From: Pseudovirgaria hyperparasitica
Lineage: Eukaryota
Assembly: GCA_010093815.1 (NCBI GenBank)
Contig: ML996568.1
Length of the DNA stretch: 64,000 nt
Strand: one strand, 5' to 3'
Part shown: in pieces, positions 51,701 through 64,000 of the stretch
Position numbering within the stretch: position 1 is the stretch's first letter
Layout: every line of letters starts with the position of its first letter
The notes under the pieces: generated by a model
Database searches by the model: none
The model's input: the letters and a program-made list of their open reading frames with translations, nothing else
Told to the model about the DNA's origin: nothing
Position numbers and translations under genes: made by a program

Positions 51701-54700
51701 CTAAAAGAGAGTAGATAGGTCTATATGGAGGTTACTAGCCGTCTTCGAGATTAATAGTAAGATTAGTAGATTAGTATTAAGATAGTTTGGAGGAATCGAT
51801 TACTAACGCGATATATTAGTATATTTTATACTAATATAGTAGGTTTTCGTCCACTTTAATACTAAGCTCGCTATTTTATATAAGTAAGAGTACGTAGATA
51901 GTAGAGATCGCCTTCTTATAATCTTTCTAGAATTATTCGTCGTTAATAAGCTATACTAGTTCCTATTAAGGTGGGTTTATACGCTAGCTAGCTATCTTCT
52001 TAAGGAAGTCTAGTTTTAGGTTATATTTCTTAAGCTATAGTATATCTAGGATTATGTTAAAGGGACTATCTACCACGATAAAGGTTAAGTAGTAGAGTTT
52101 CTATTTCCCTCCGCTATCCTAGATACTATATTTAATAGTATAGGTACCGTATAACTTAATAGGACCGTCAATACCATAGAACATAGTACCTATTAGAGCT
52201 TAGATATCGGCGTTAAGTTCTCGTGCTCGTTAGGTCGACATAACGTTAGTAGCCGACCTACTATTAAGTATTATAGTCTAATATTATCTATGAGGGACCT
52301 CGATAGGTCTAGCCTATAGTTTAATATACTATTTAGCGGATTACCTCTCTATTATAGTCGCGCCTATAAGTTGCGAGGGTTTCTTATAGGCTATTAGTTT
52401 TTTATATTCTATGCTAGATAGTTAGGCGCGATGTGTTCTAGCTACTAGCACTTATAGTATATAACTAGTTAGTTAGTTATATTAGTACTCGGTAGCTTCC
52501 CTAAACGGTACTTAGGTGCTATATAGTCTATTCTATTATAGGTGTAGTAAGTGACTTTAGGTCGTTTATACGAGTCGGTCCTTATATCTTAATATATTAA
52601 TTAGTAGGGAGATCCACGATACGATCCGCGTGGTTTTAAATTTAAGGCGTAGTAGTAGTCTTATAACGTCCCGCGAGATCTATTACTAAATCGGTTTTAG
52701 TTAGACGATTTTACGTTAGATTAGATCGTTAGGGATAGTCGTATACTAGCATAGCGTTAATTATTTATTATACGCTAGTATCGCTCCGTAAGGTTTATAA
52801 GAGCTTAGAGGTCTATAGAGATTATCGTTATAAGGTTAAGATAGTCCTTTATATTTAGGGCGAGGGACCGTTTAAAGTTACCATACTATCGAATTATATA
52901 ATCTTCTTCGGCTTCTCTCTAGAGGGGCTAAAGGTATTTAAGGAGTTATAATAGTAACTAATTATCTCGTTATCGAGTCTCGAAGATATAGCCCTAGGCC
53001 TAGTCGCGTCGTTTAGCTCTATCGCTAAAATATTAGAGGAGAAATTCGGTGAACGTGTCCTAGTTATAGGTATCCTTAGAATATTCGATTCGGTGTACTA
53101 TCTAACGTTCTAAAGGCGTCGGGTTAAGGTAGTTCTAGGCGAATCTAATTTTATTACTATCGTTCGTAAATAGATAGAAGAATCAGCTATATTAGTAAGT
53201 CTATACGTGGAAACTCTTTCTACTTTTACCATCAAAGTAAGGTGGTTTCTTAGGTCAGGGTAATTAGAATAGTAGTAGACTAGAATGGATCGTTTTAGTT
53301 AGTATAGGTCTATATAAATATAGATTAGTTATTACTAGAACTAAAGCGCGTAATATAGCTTTAAGTCTCGTAGTACGTCCTCGAGCTTCGTCGAGTTCGT
53401 ATAGTTATTACTCGAGTTAAATCTATCGTTACCTCTCTTCGTATAGTCTAGTATATACGTCGTTATAAGATATAGTTAATATTAGGCGATTCTAACGGAT
53501 TAACTTGTTAACGTTAATAAGGTCTAGCCTTGTATTAAGGTTAGGTCTAGTATAGTTTAAACTAGACCGAGATAGAGTATAATAGACTCTATCCTCGTGT
53601 TCTATAATATCTTCTATAGTTATATAGAATATTATTCGAGTTATTAGTACGATAGCCTATAAGGTATAGTTATTGGTAGGGGTAGTTATAGATAGACTAT
53701 TCTCCTTATTTAGGTTAGGAGAAGGTCTACTATAAGAGGCGGTGCGATGGGTAATATAACGAGTAGTTAGAGCTATTTCTATAAACTACCGTCGTGCTAT
53801 ATAAAGAGGAATTAAAATATAAGGATTATAGACGTAGAATAGTAGTCTAATAGGTCATAGGAGGATTCGAGAATATATTTAAAAGGGTAGTCTACTCTCT
53901 TAATAAGGTTAATTTCTAAAGAGTAGGAATTAAGTATATACGGCCTACTTATATAGTGGTCTCGCTTATTCTAGCTGGCTTACCCTAGGTCCACCTATCA
54001 CGGACCGTACTAGACCATAGTATTCTAGTTAAGTCCATCCTAGTATTAGCCCTAACAACTAAGTCTATATACTTTATATATTATATATATATAAAGGCCC
54101 TAGAGAAAACTAGGGTACTTAGATATATACCATCTCTATACCGTAGTAGCGTCTACTAATCTTAGAGTATAGCTATAAGTCTAGCCGTGGTACTAACTAT
54201 ATAAAGTACTATATATTAAAGGGGATCTACTTATAGAATACTAAGGAGCTTACTATATACCTAGCCTTATATAAGGCGTAGAGTCGTCTTAAAAAGTTTA
54301 TATATAAGTTAGTTAATAATAACTTTAGCTATATAATAGACTATAGTAGTCGCGGCCTAGATCTAATAAAGCCTTTATCTAGTAAGTAGCCGCGTATAAA
54401 CTCTAAGTTCTACCGCCTCTATAAGGACTATAAGTCTAACTTAGAGATTATCTATATCGCGTAATATAATACTAGTATTATTAGTTAGACTTCTATAATA
54501 CTCTATCGTAGTACTATAATATCGTTTAAGCCGCTATATTATAGTAGTAGTAACCGTAGCTAGATTAGTAGTATAATTTACTAGATAAATTAGTACGTGT
54601 TCTATAACGAGGCCTAGATAGATAAGCTATATACTAGTGTCGGTACCTTATAGATATATAAGCTTTATAAGCCTAAATATCTATTCTAACGCGTAATATA

Positions 54701-54992
54701 GGGTACTATATAATAAGTTATATCTAGGTTAGTCTATCTAGTAGAGCTACTATCTCGCTATCTTATTACTTAGATAGTTATAGAGGATAAGAAGCCCTTA
54801 TTAGATAGTAGCCGCTTACGCTAACCTTAGTCTATAGACTATAGAGAGTCGCTAACTCGGAGCTCTTACTATTATACTATTAGACCCCCCTAGCTCTCTA
54901 TTACCGTCCCTCCTTATAAGTTTTCGCTATCTTATTATTAGCTCTAGACCCCCTCTTACTATAATAACTACTCCCGGTTCTATAAGTATTAT

Positions 54993-56883
54993 TATAAGAA
55001 TAGAGTTATTGGATAGTAGTATAGTTAGATAGAATAATAGAGTGTATTCTATCATAGAACGAATTACTACTAAACCCTTTCGGTAGGAATCCGAGAGTAT
55101 ATATATAAAGGGACGCCGATCTATCTAGCACGTAACTATTTACCGCCCTTTATATTACCTACTAACCCTATTAGCTAAGGTACGTGTAGATCGGATCCTA
55201 CCTAAGACTAAGTCCTAATAATTATCCCTTCCCTCTAGGAAGCTACCCTTAGTAACCTAGATCGTTACCTATCTCTATATCCCTATCCTAAGTCTCGTAA
55301 GACCTTAGTCGTTCTCTACGCTTCGTCTTAGATACTTACTAATATTTACTAATCTAAGATTTATATAAGCGTTTTCCTAATAAACTAAATTTTATCTATC
55401 TTAACTTCTTACATAGGTAAGATTGCCTAATTAGGCCTAGCGTATCACGTAATGTAATTAGGTAAGCCTAGGTACTACCTATATTAAAATCTTTTCTTAG
55501 AAATATTCCTTTCTTTAAAAAACTTCTTAACTCTTTATAGAGTTTTTTAGATTATTAGGTATATTACCTAATCCTTATAGACATAGATTTATATAGATTT
55601 ACTATAATTTAGTATAATTTACGCAATTTACTAATTTTTGTACCGTCCTTAGCTAGTAATAATATAATTCGTAATAATCCGTATAAATTAATAATAATCT
55701 TAATATAGTTTTCTAAAATCTCGATACTCTAAAGTAATTAGCGCGGAAACAGGCGCCTTCGAATAATCCCTATCTTATATACGTTACTAATATATCGAAA
55801 GCTATTAATCTACCCCGACCTAGGCCGGGCTCTAATAATCTAGCTATATATTATTATAGTTATCGCTTTCTATCGTATATTACTCACGGCGGTACTAAAT
55901 CTATAATATACGGTACTTATATAACTAAGAAGCGTTATTACTTATAGGTATTTAAGTAAGTTTAAAGAACTTTACATAGATTTACTTATATTAGTATAGA
56001 TTACTACTAGGCCTCTAGTAACCCCTACTAATAAGGAGCGTAATACTACTAATCGCAACGCCTTAGAGAAGGCTTTCTACGAGCTATATATCTAAGGTAA
56101 GGGTTACGCCTAGGAGTACGATTCTAATAAGATCCGTAAGGATTTATCGGAATCTACTATAGCTATTATTACCGCGATTACTAGGTAATATTATTTTTCT
56201 TAAATCGTTATAGATTCTTACTAATATATATTAATCTCTATAATAGTACTAAAATCTCTACTACTTCGGACTTCTTTCTATATACTAGTAATATTAGAAT
56301 TCCTAGAAAAGGTTCTAGTAAAAAGGCTAAGGTTCCTTTCTCGCGCGTGTTAAAGAGCCGTAAATTTAGGGAAGATGGCTCTAATCTAGAAGTTTCTATA
56401 CTAAAGGTATATGGTTCTATACCGATCGTTAAATCTTTTTGCTAATTTATATAATTCTTAGCGTGCCCGCGCCGGTCTATCCCTCTCTATCCTAGATCCC
56501 GCCGCTCTATAGGTTTCTATAGAGGAGTTTATAGCTATAAGGCGCGCTATATAGAATTTATAGCGTTGGAACGAAAGGCTAGAGACTTATATTATAAAGC
56601 TCTACACTATACTAAATAAGAACTAGCGGAAGAAATTAGATATAACCATCGCGGTAATTAGTACTTCTACTCCTACTCCGACTTAATTAGTTTAGATCTA
56701 TACCGATCGGTACTAATATATCTCTTTTATCTAGCGTTTTTAGTTTTTCGGTTTTAATTTTAAAGCGATCTTACTTCTTCTAGATAGATTAGTACGAGTT
56801 TATATAGATCTATATAGATCTTTATATTTTCTTTTAGCTTTCTTAATTTTATCTTTCTTTAATAATAACTTCTTTAATCTCTT
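54993..56883 (-). mobile_element. Family C copy 2, 3' LTR (54993-55220) and 3' internal region
   Basis: LTR and PPT as in C1; uninterrupted version of 11844-12452 plus 20468-21060. Confidence 0.9.
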
Positions 56884-57263
56884 NNNNNNNNNNNNNNNNN
56901 NNNNNNNNNNNNNNNNNNNNNNNNNNNNNNNNNNNNNNNNNNNNNNNNNNNNNNNNNNNNNNNNNNNNNNNNNNNNNNNNNNNNNNNNNNNNNNNNNNNN
57001 NNNNNNNNNNNNNNNNNNNNNNNNNNNNNNNNNNNNNNNNNNNNNNNNNNNNNNNNNNNNNNNNNNNNNNNNNNNNNNNNNNNNNNNNNNNNNNNNNNNN
57101 NNNNNNNNNNNNNNNNNNNNNNNNNNNNNNNNNNNNNNNNNNNNNNNNNNNNNNNNNNNNNNNNNNNNNNNNNNNNNNNNNNNNNNNNNNNNNNNNNNNN
57201 NNNNNNNNNNNNNNNNNNNNNNNNNNNNNNNNNNNNNNNNNNNNNNNNNNNNNNNNNNNNNNN
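56884..57263. other. Assembly gap (380 N)
   Basis: Run of N. Confidence 1.
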
Positions 57264-60200
57264 CTATTATCGTATAGTTAAGCTTCTTCTTTAGCCTAAT
57301 ACTACGAATATTCTTACTATTTAGTAAAACTTTATCCCTAATATTAAAGATTATAGGTTTTCTACCCTTATTATAGTGCGATTTACTATAATTCGTAGTA
57401 TCTTATAGTAACTTTATAACGCTTCTTTATATTTAGAATAGTTCTATAGTAATTTCTATTACTTTAACGTTAGGTCGTTCTACTTTAAACTAAGTCCCTA
57501 AGAACTACGTATTATAGTTCTAACCGAAGTTTACTTCGAATAGACTTACGTAGGTTAATGTATGTTAGCTATTATTATACGCGAATTCCGCGATATAGAC
57601 TAACCTTACCTAGTTATCCTACTTATAGTTATAATATATGCGTAAATACGCCTCGACTATCTAATTCTACCGCTCCGTCTATCTATCTATTTATAGATAG
57701 AACGTAGTACTAAGTTTCCGCTTAATTCCTAGCGTATAGTAGAAATCCTTCTAAAATTTAGACGTTATCTACGGACCTCTATCCGAAACTATACCGTTTA
57801 GTATACTATAGAGCCGGACTACGTCACGGAGTAGTATATCTATAAGATCCGGTGCTTAGATCGTCTTCCTTATAGGGATATAGTATAATATCTTTATAAA
57901 TCTATCTAGAACTATAAGTAAACTATTATAAATATACCTAGAACACTTACTTAGGGGTAGATCTATAATGAAATCCATCGATAATTCCTTCCATGCCTCC
58001 TTTAGTATAGGTAATGGCCTTAATTCGCTATATAGTAAGTGTCTATATACTTTCGTATACTAGTAAACGTTATACGTTTTTATGTAGTCTTTTATATATT
58101 TATAAAGACCTAGCTAGTTATACGTCCTTCGGATTAAATCGACCGTCCTTATAACGCTAAAGTACCCTACTAACGCGTAATCGTACTGTTCCCTTAAAAT
58201 ATTAATTTATAAGCCGCCTTCCGGCACGTAGAGTCGGCCTTAGAAGTAGATCGCGTCCAATTATCATTCCTACCTTAATAACCACAGCGGATCTATAGCG
58301 CTTCCTTTTATGCTTATGACTTTCTTTACTAATATATCGGAATTCTAGGTAGATTTAATTAAGTCTTCGAGGGTTTTCTTAGTTTCTTAGACGTTTATTT
58401 AGATTACTTAATACCCGCTCTAATTCCCGCGGAGAATCGCCGAAAGTGTCCTAGCTTCTAGTATTCTATTAGATAACTAGTCTTATAGTATCTAAAGTAT
58501 AGTATAGTCTAACTTGTACCGACTATCTACGTTATTCTATAACGATTTCTTATAATCTTTATACCGCGATAGAGGATTAGCTTTATTCTCTCTTCTAGCT
58601 TTATATAAGATTTTAAAGTTAAATATTAATATCTACTTAGCCTAACGTACTTATCGGCGATTAAGGACCTTAGTCGATATAAAGTAACGTAGATTTATAT
58701 AATCTAATAATAATTCAATCTAATATACGGAGCCTTCTAAATAATATTACTATTACTTAAAACTCTTAATAATTATAAGTAGTTCCTAGTCGTACGTGTT
58801 ATAACGCGTCTCTATATCCGCTATTTTATAGGAAAAGAAAGCGACCGGGTGCTATTATACCTTATCTTTCGTATCTTTATACGGTTAACTAATAATTCTA
58901 GTAATTATAAATCCTAACGCGTTAGTTTCGACCTAAATATACTTCTTAGAATCGAAATACCTAAGAATCGGTATAGTTATAAAGTAATTCTTTAACGATC
59001 GGAACGTATCTCGCGCTTCCGGCGTTAACTATATCTTAACCGACTTAGCTTTACGCTATGCTCGCCTATCTATAGAGATTTTACCGCCATTCTCTATGAG
59101 TTTATTAAGCGGCGCCGTAATTCGTAAGAAGCCTATAATAAATTTACGATAATAGTTTATAAAACCTATAAATATTCTAATTTAACGTATAGTAGTAGAT
59201 TCTAGCCATTCTATAATAGTCTTTACACGCTCCGGCTCCATTTTTAGGCCGCTATATATTATAATAAAGCCGAGAAACCTAACTTCTTATTAGTAAAACT
59301 CATATTTAGATAATTTTACGTAGAGTTTATACTACCTTAGACGATTTAGCACCAATTTTACGTGTTCTTTATAATCCTATATACTATCGGAGTAAATTAG
59401 TATATTATTAAGATAAACTACGTAAATCACGTTAAGTAATCCTACGAGTATAGTATTAATATATCCTTAAAACGCTCCTAGCGTATTTATTAGCCCGAAT
59501 AGCATAATAGTATACTTAAAATAACTATATCTAGTCCGAAATGCGGTTTTCTACTTATCTCCGCGACGAATTTAAAGCTAGTAATATATATCTTATAAAT
59601 CTAGCTTCGTAAAGTACTTTACCTTCGTTAATTAGTCTAAAGATTTACTAACTAGCGGTAATAGATAACGATTCTTCTTAGTTACTATATTTAGTGCCTA
59701 ATAGTCGACGCATAGATATAAACTTCTATCTTTCTTCTTTACGAAGAGAATAGATACGCCGGCCGATAATATACTACGACGTATCTAGCCTCTTTTAAGG
59801 TATTCTTTAATATATTTATAAAGAACTTCGAGTTCTAGTCTCGAAAGTAGGTAAAGTAGGCTATAAGGGACGTCTACTCCCTCTTTAAGCTTAATCTTTA
59901 GCTTATATAGCCCGTGATTAGGGAGAAGTAACGCATCTCCTACTAAAAATATATCCGTATACTACGAATATACGTTAGGTAGCGTGTCTTCGCCCCGATT
60001 ATTACTATCGTCCTTATCTTTATCGATAATTAATAAGAACGTAAGATAGATTAGCGATAATCGGGTCCGTATAGTAAGGTTCCATGCCTCCTTACTAATA
60101 GTTACGACTTACTAGTATAATTTACTATAGTATTATCGGAACGTTAATATCTCCTTCTAAAAATTAAGGATAGGGTTTAGGCGTCTAAGCTAAGGCATCC

Positions 60201-62148
60201 CTAGAATCATATTCTATTAGCTAATATTAGCCACGATAAATTCATTAGATATCTACTATTTTATTATCTTCGAGTCATGAACTTCGTAATTTATTATAGC
60301 TTTACCTAAAGTTCTAACTTTATATCTATTAACTATAATAGTTCGGCTAACTTTACCGAGATCGTACGATAATCTACACTCCTTTATAAGAATTAATAAA
60401 ATATAGTTATCTTCTATACTAGTATCCACGAGGGCCTATATAGTTTTATTACTATTTACTATAGATAACGATACTTTTAGTAATATTAGGTCTTTACTCG
60501 CCGGAAGGCGCTACGGCTTCTTCTAAGTATATATAATTTAGCTAAGAACGCGGTTAGATCTTATATACTAGTCTACTCTTTTTTTAGATTCTTATAGTTA
60601 GATAAAATATATTCTATTTCTCTATACTTATAGTAACGAAGTACGCTATAATCCTACTATTTTACGATAGGCGTTATATTTAAGCCTATGCCTTATCCTT
60701 TTCCGTGTTAAGAAGCACCGCCTTAATTATTTTAGTATCCTCTTAACGCGTTTCTACCCCGATTTACGCTCTTCTAGCGCTAATCGCGGTAAGGTTACTC
60801 TTAATCGAACGTATTCGATCGACCTCGTTTCTAACCCGTATAGGGTTCGTCGGTTTTACCTAGAGAGCCGCGTTCCTTAAGGATGCGGTAGTATTTATTA
60901 GCTTTCTCCTCTAATTCGTATAGATAGTTAAAACTTAATAATACTATTTCTAGTCTTTCGCGGATTAACGGAAGTAGTACTTCGCGAAACTAGAATATAC
61001 GAATATTTTTCTATAGCGTAGGGATATTATTCTATAGGTTTTAGAGGTATTATAGTAGTTAAGTAGGTGTCTAGTTCGGTCGTTATACCACGCTTCTTAA
61101 CTTAGATAGTGCCTTTCTTTCATGTTCTCTATCCGTTCCGAGGGTGTTTAGTATAAATATAGCTAAATATTCCTAGGTTATCGTAGATAGTGGCTGTACT
61201 TCCTTCTATCTATCCTATTAATCGCGGGATTATAAGTCTAGGTATTATTCTCCGAACAAAATATATTATACTTTAGTAGAAAAGAGTAGAGGGTTATCGA
61301 GGAAGTACTTTTCGTAGTCTCTCTTCTAGTCTTTCTACTCCTTTTAGTTCTTCCCTATAAATATAGTCGGGTCTTTAGATTTCGGTATATCTAGGGAAGG
61401 AGTAGAGTAAATCGGTAATAAAGCGGCTAGGTATACGGTGGATTGTCGCAACTCTAATGGTAGGTAAACTAATTCCGCCTGAATTAGTATAGGAAGTTAT
61501 CCACCTACTATCGTTTAGCGTAGTTCTTTAAGAGACTCCTTAAGTTCTCGTCTCTTTACGAGGAGTTTCGCGCGTTCTATCTATTCTTTAAGGGTTTAAA
61601 TCTCTCGAGTCTAATTCGCGACGTATTCCTAAAGTTCGGCGATAGTTTATTATAATACCTTACGTAGCTCCGCCACGACTCGTTATCCGGCTTTATATTA
61701 TTAGAAGTTACTCGGCGTATCTACCATTTCTTCGTCTAAAAGCTCCGTGATTTAGTCTAATATTTCTACTTCTCGGTTAGAAACGGCCGGGATTAATACC
61801 GATTATAGAGGATCCCTATTATTTAATATAGTATTACTTATCCCTATAGTAGATCGTGTTAACCTTCTCGGTTCTAGTTAGACTATCTTAACTATAGTAC
61901 TATATAGGGAGTAATTCGAATATAAGAATAGGGTTATTAGATAGTAGTATAGTTAGATAGAATAATAGGGTGTATTCTATTATAGAATGAATTACTACCG
62001 AACCCTTTTAGTAGAAATCTAAGAGTATATATATAAAGGGACGCCGATCTATCTAGCACGTAACTATTTACCGCCCTTCACGTTACCTCCTAACCCTATT
62101 AGCTAAGGTACGTGTAGATCGGGTTCTACCTAAGGCTAAGTCCTAACA
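57264..62148 (-). mobile_element. Family C gag-pol (RIPed) and 5' LTR (61921-62148)
   Basis: ALVDT(G) protease (~60425); VVYL(DD)ILIY RT (~59410); PVAFFS RNase H (~58840); VSDRG integrase (~57780). The LTR ends in CCTAACA. Confidence 0.92.
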
Positions 62149-63328
62149 TTGCGTTATTATCTATGCCCTATCCCATGGTTCCGCCGTAAGTAGCTCTCCT
62201 TCGGCTAGGAAGCCCTCCTATATTATTCTATAGGCGAGAGCGGGGTCCCTAAGCTCTACTATTATAGTAGAGTGCTTTTTCGATTTTATCTTAATCCCTT
62301 AGACGTTCTTCTACTACGCCTTTACGATCTTAATCCCGGGGTACTTTAGTTCATTAGATTACTCTATTTACTCGATATCGTCTTCTCCGATAACGTGTCC
62401 TTAGACGGGGATAGTATATATCTATATTAGGTACGTGGTTACGCGGACGGACGCGCTAGGGAAGATATTATTAATTACATTCGGGTCGCGTAAGATAGTC
62501 TACTAGGCCGTATTAGTAGTGGTAGTTAGTACTATACCTTCTAGGGTAAGTTTGGTAGCTACTATATTTAACTACATCCCTTTCTATTCGTTAATCTTAT
62601 TTATAATATCCTTTAGGGACGCTTACTAGACTTATACGAGTACTTCTTTATCCTAGATAGCGACTCGTATACTATATACCCCGTCTATAGGTGCCCTTAG
62701 TATTTTAGCTAATATGGCTATTCTACTTATAGGTGCGGCGACCTATGCCCACGTGCTAGGGCGTTTTCCCTAGGTAAGGCCCTCCTAGATCCTCTATAGG
62801 CTAGCCTCTATACGATCTAGTCTAGATTCTAGGTCTAGTTCCGGCGCCTATTTTACTTCTATAGTAAGCTCCCTAATATTCTAGATAAGGTTTTAGAAGA
62901 TACTAAGGAGGGCCGTTTCTCCCTTCTTAACTTCCCTCTCTATACGTACTATCTAGTAGTTAATCTTATTTAGAAGGGTCTCCCCGGGTAGAGTCCTATC
63001 TATCTCTATTATCTATAGTATTATACGCCCTTAGTTATTCGTCGTTTATTAGACGGGGGTTTAATCGTTCTAGGATATGCCGCTATATAGCCGTTTCTAC
63101 CGTACTAGTATTAGGGGTATACCCGGTGGAAGCCAAGGTACGTCGGTGCCTAAGGCCGCTATAATTATTAGTAAAGGGCTACCCGTAACTAATAAAAAGG
63201 GGGTTAGCGTGTCGGCGTTTATTAGAGATAGTCTATACTTATATTATCGAAGAGCCTTCGAGTATATATATATAGTATCTCTATACATTGGTATCGTTAC
63301 GTATTATATACTATACGTACGTGCATGT
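62149..63328 (-). mobile_element. 5' end of a LINE (Tad1-like): 5' UTR and RIPed ORF1 from ~63162, cut by LTR-C
   Basis: Minus-strand reading has TWA(Q)VAAP and KKHST.IVELRDPALA...EGFLAEGELLTAEPWDRA(Q)IITQ, as seen in fungal LINE ORF1 just before the CCHC knuckles. Confidence 0.7.
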
Positions 63329-63644
63329 ATTTAGTAAGTAAGTATAGAATTAAGACTTTAAGTAAATTATCTTATAAGTTCCCTTTTCTCTTATTAGGGC
63401 TAGTAAGTAATATTTCTAGATAAGAAGGTTTATTCTAAAAAGACTTATCTTAAGTTAGAGAAAGAATATACGGCTACTACTTAGCGAAAGGCTTAGTAGG
63501 ACGCTTAGACCGCCTTTACGTGTCTAGAGTATCTAGAGAAATAGTAGAAGCTATTAGAGCGTCGTTAAAATAATATACTTTATTAGAATCTATTAGTAAT
63601 AGATCTTAAGAAGAAGGAGAAGTAACTTAAATAATAATAGAGAG
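63329..63644 (-). mobile_element. Fragment of another family A copy
   Basis: Direct match to 10233-10548 apart from RIP-type changes. Confidence 0.85.
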
Positions 63645-64000
63645 TATAAGGAGGCGGGCTCTATATACTAACTAACTACACTATAAAAGGACCGAATCTT
63701 AAAGCTACTACTTCAAGGGTAGAGCACACTACTTATATACGACTACTATATATATATATAATTAACTAGTAGGCCACGTGCTCCTCACGTGCCTAATATT
63801 ATCCCCCTTTTTAAAGGCGCGTGTCCTTACGCGTCGTGGGTATACTACCTTACGAAAGATAAACTAAACTAGCCGTAACGGGCCTAGTATAAACCATGTA
63901 CATATACAACCAATACTCGTAATGCCGCCTCTAGCACTAGACACGCTAACTTACCGTAGTAACGTTACTACCATGTTATCCGTTACGTGTATAAAGTACA
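63645..64000 (-). mobile_element. 3' end of LTR element G (LTR 63645-63798 and PPT), continuing beyond the window
   Basis: Interrupts the A match at tataagg (TGTAAGG), ends cctaata (CCTAACA) and is followed by ttatccccctttt. Only one LTR is visible. Confidence 0.65.

Larger units (their letters stand above)
33676..54057 (-). mobile_element. Full-length element D2 (LTRs 33676-33915 and 53818-54057) containing SINE copy 2 and F2
   Basis: 5-bp TSD ACTAA (33671-33675 / 54058-54062); colinear with D1 after removing the two insertions. Confidence 0.96.
33255..54780 (+). pseudogene. Intron-containing passenger gene relic in E, split by D2 (33255-33675 plus 54063-54780)
   Basis: Intron-like segments 33271-33389 (GTAAGT..CGTAG) and 33535-33580 (GTAAGT..TACTAAC..TAG). 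Coding-like sequence continues after the D2 TSD. Boundaries approximate. Confidence 0.5.
21061..54992. mobile_element. Putative LTR element E (LTR-like 21061-21226; internal pieces 21227-21366, 32786-33675, 54063-54992), host of F1 and D2
   Basis: Interrupts C1 exactly at TGTAATGG, with an inverted terminus ctattata (CCATTACA) at 21219-21226. The pieces are linked by the TSDs of F1 and D2. No gag-pol or second LTR is seen in the window. Confidence 0.55.
5670..64000. other. AT-rich RIP-mutated transposon block (likely heterochromatin)
   Basis: Abrupt switch to TpA-rich, CpA/TpG-poor sequence with abundant TAA/TAG codons. Sister repeats differ mostly by C>T and G>A, and almost no long ORFs survive. 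Confidence 0.97.

Noticed and set aside
62215..62255. LINE RT 'QGSPLSP' motif on the minus strand
   Set aside because: The frame carrying the ORF1-like motifs reads ELRDPALA here, so the PLSP reading is off-frame.
63077..63334. 85-aa plus-strand ORF
   Set aside because: Antisense to the LINE 5' UTR/ORF1, with no independent coding signal.

Overview
Filamentous-ascomycete (Pezizomycotina-like) DNA at a sharp border between genic and repeat sequence. Positions 1-5.5 kb hold three intact intron-containing genes: a Zn(II)2Cys6-type regulator running off the left edge, a GNAT-like acetyltransferase and an amidohydrolase-2-family decarboxylase. From about 5,670 to the end is a TpA-rich, RIP-degraded nest of retroelements. 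I labelled the LTR families A, C, D, E, F and G; A, C, D and F are clearly Ty3/Gypsy. The nest also holds two copies of a ~940-bp tRNA-headed SINE, the 5' end of a LINE and a 380-N gap. TSDs and junctions give a nesting order up to six levels deep. Comparing sister copies to undo RIP shows unexpected cargo. Family F (11.4 kb, two copies) carries a ~980-codon ORF after pol with a 2-oxoglutarate/Fe(II) dioxygenase-like HxD...H-x9-R signature. Family D carries an antisense two-intron gene with a Zn-cluster-like Cys pattern, plus a Pol III A/B-box cassette. Families C and E also seem to carry intron-containing passenger genes. A ~33-bp palindrome occurs three times in each F copy and once just upstream of the LINE ORF1. 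Family letters are my own labels. Translations and comparisons were done by eye, and no database searches were run.
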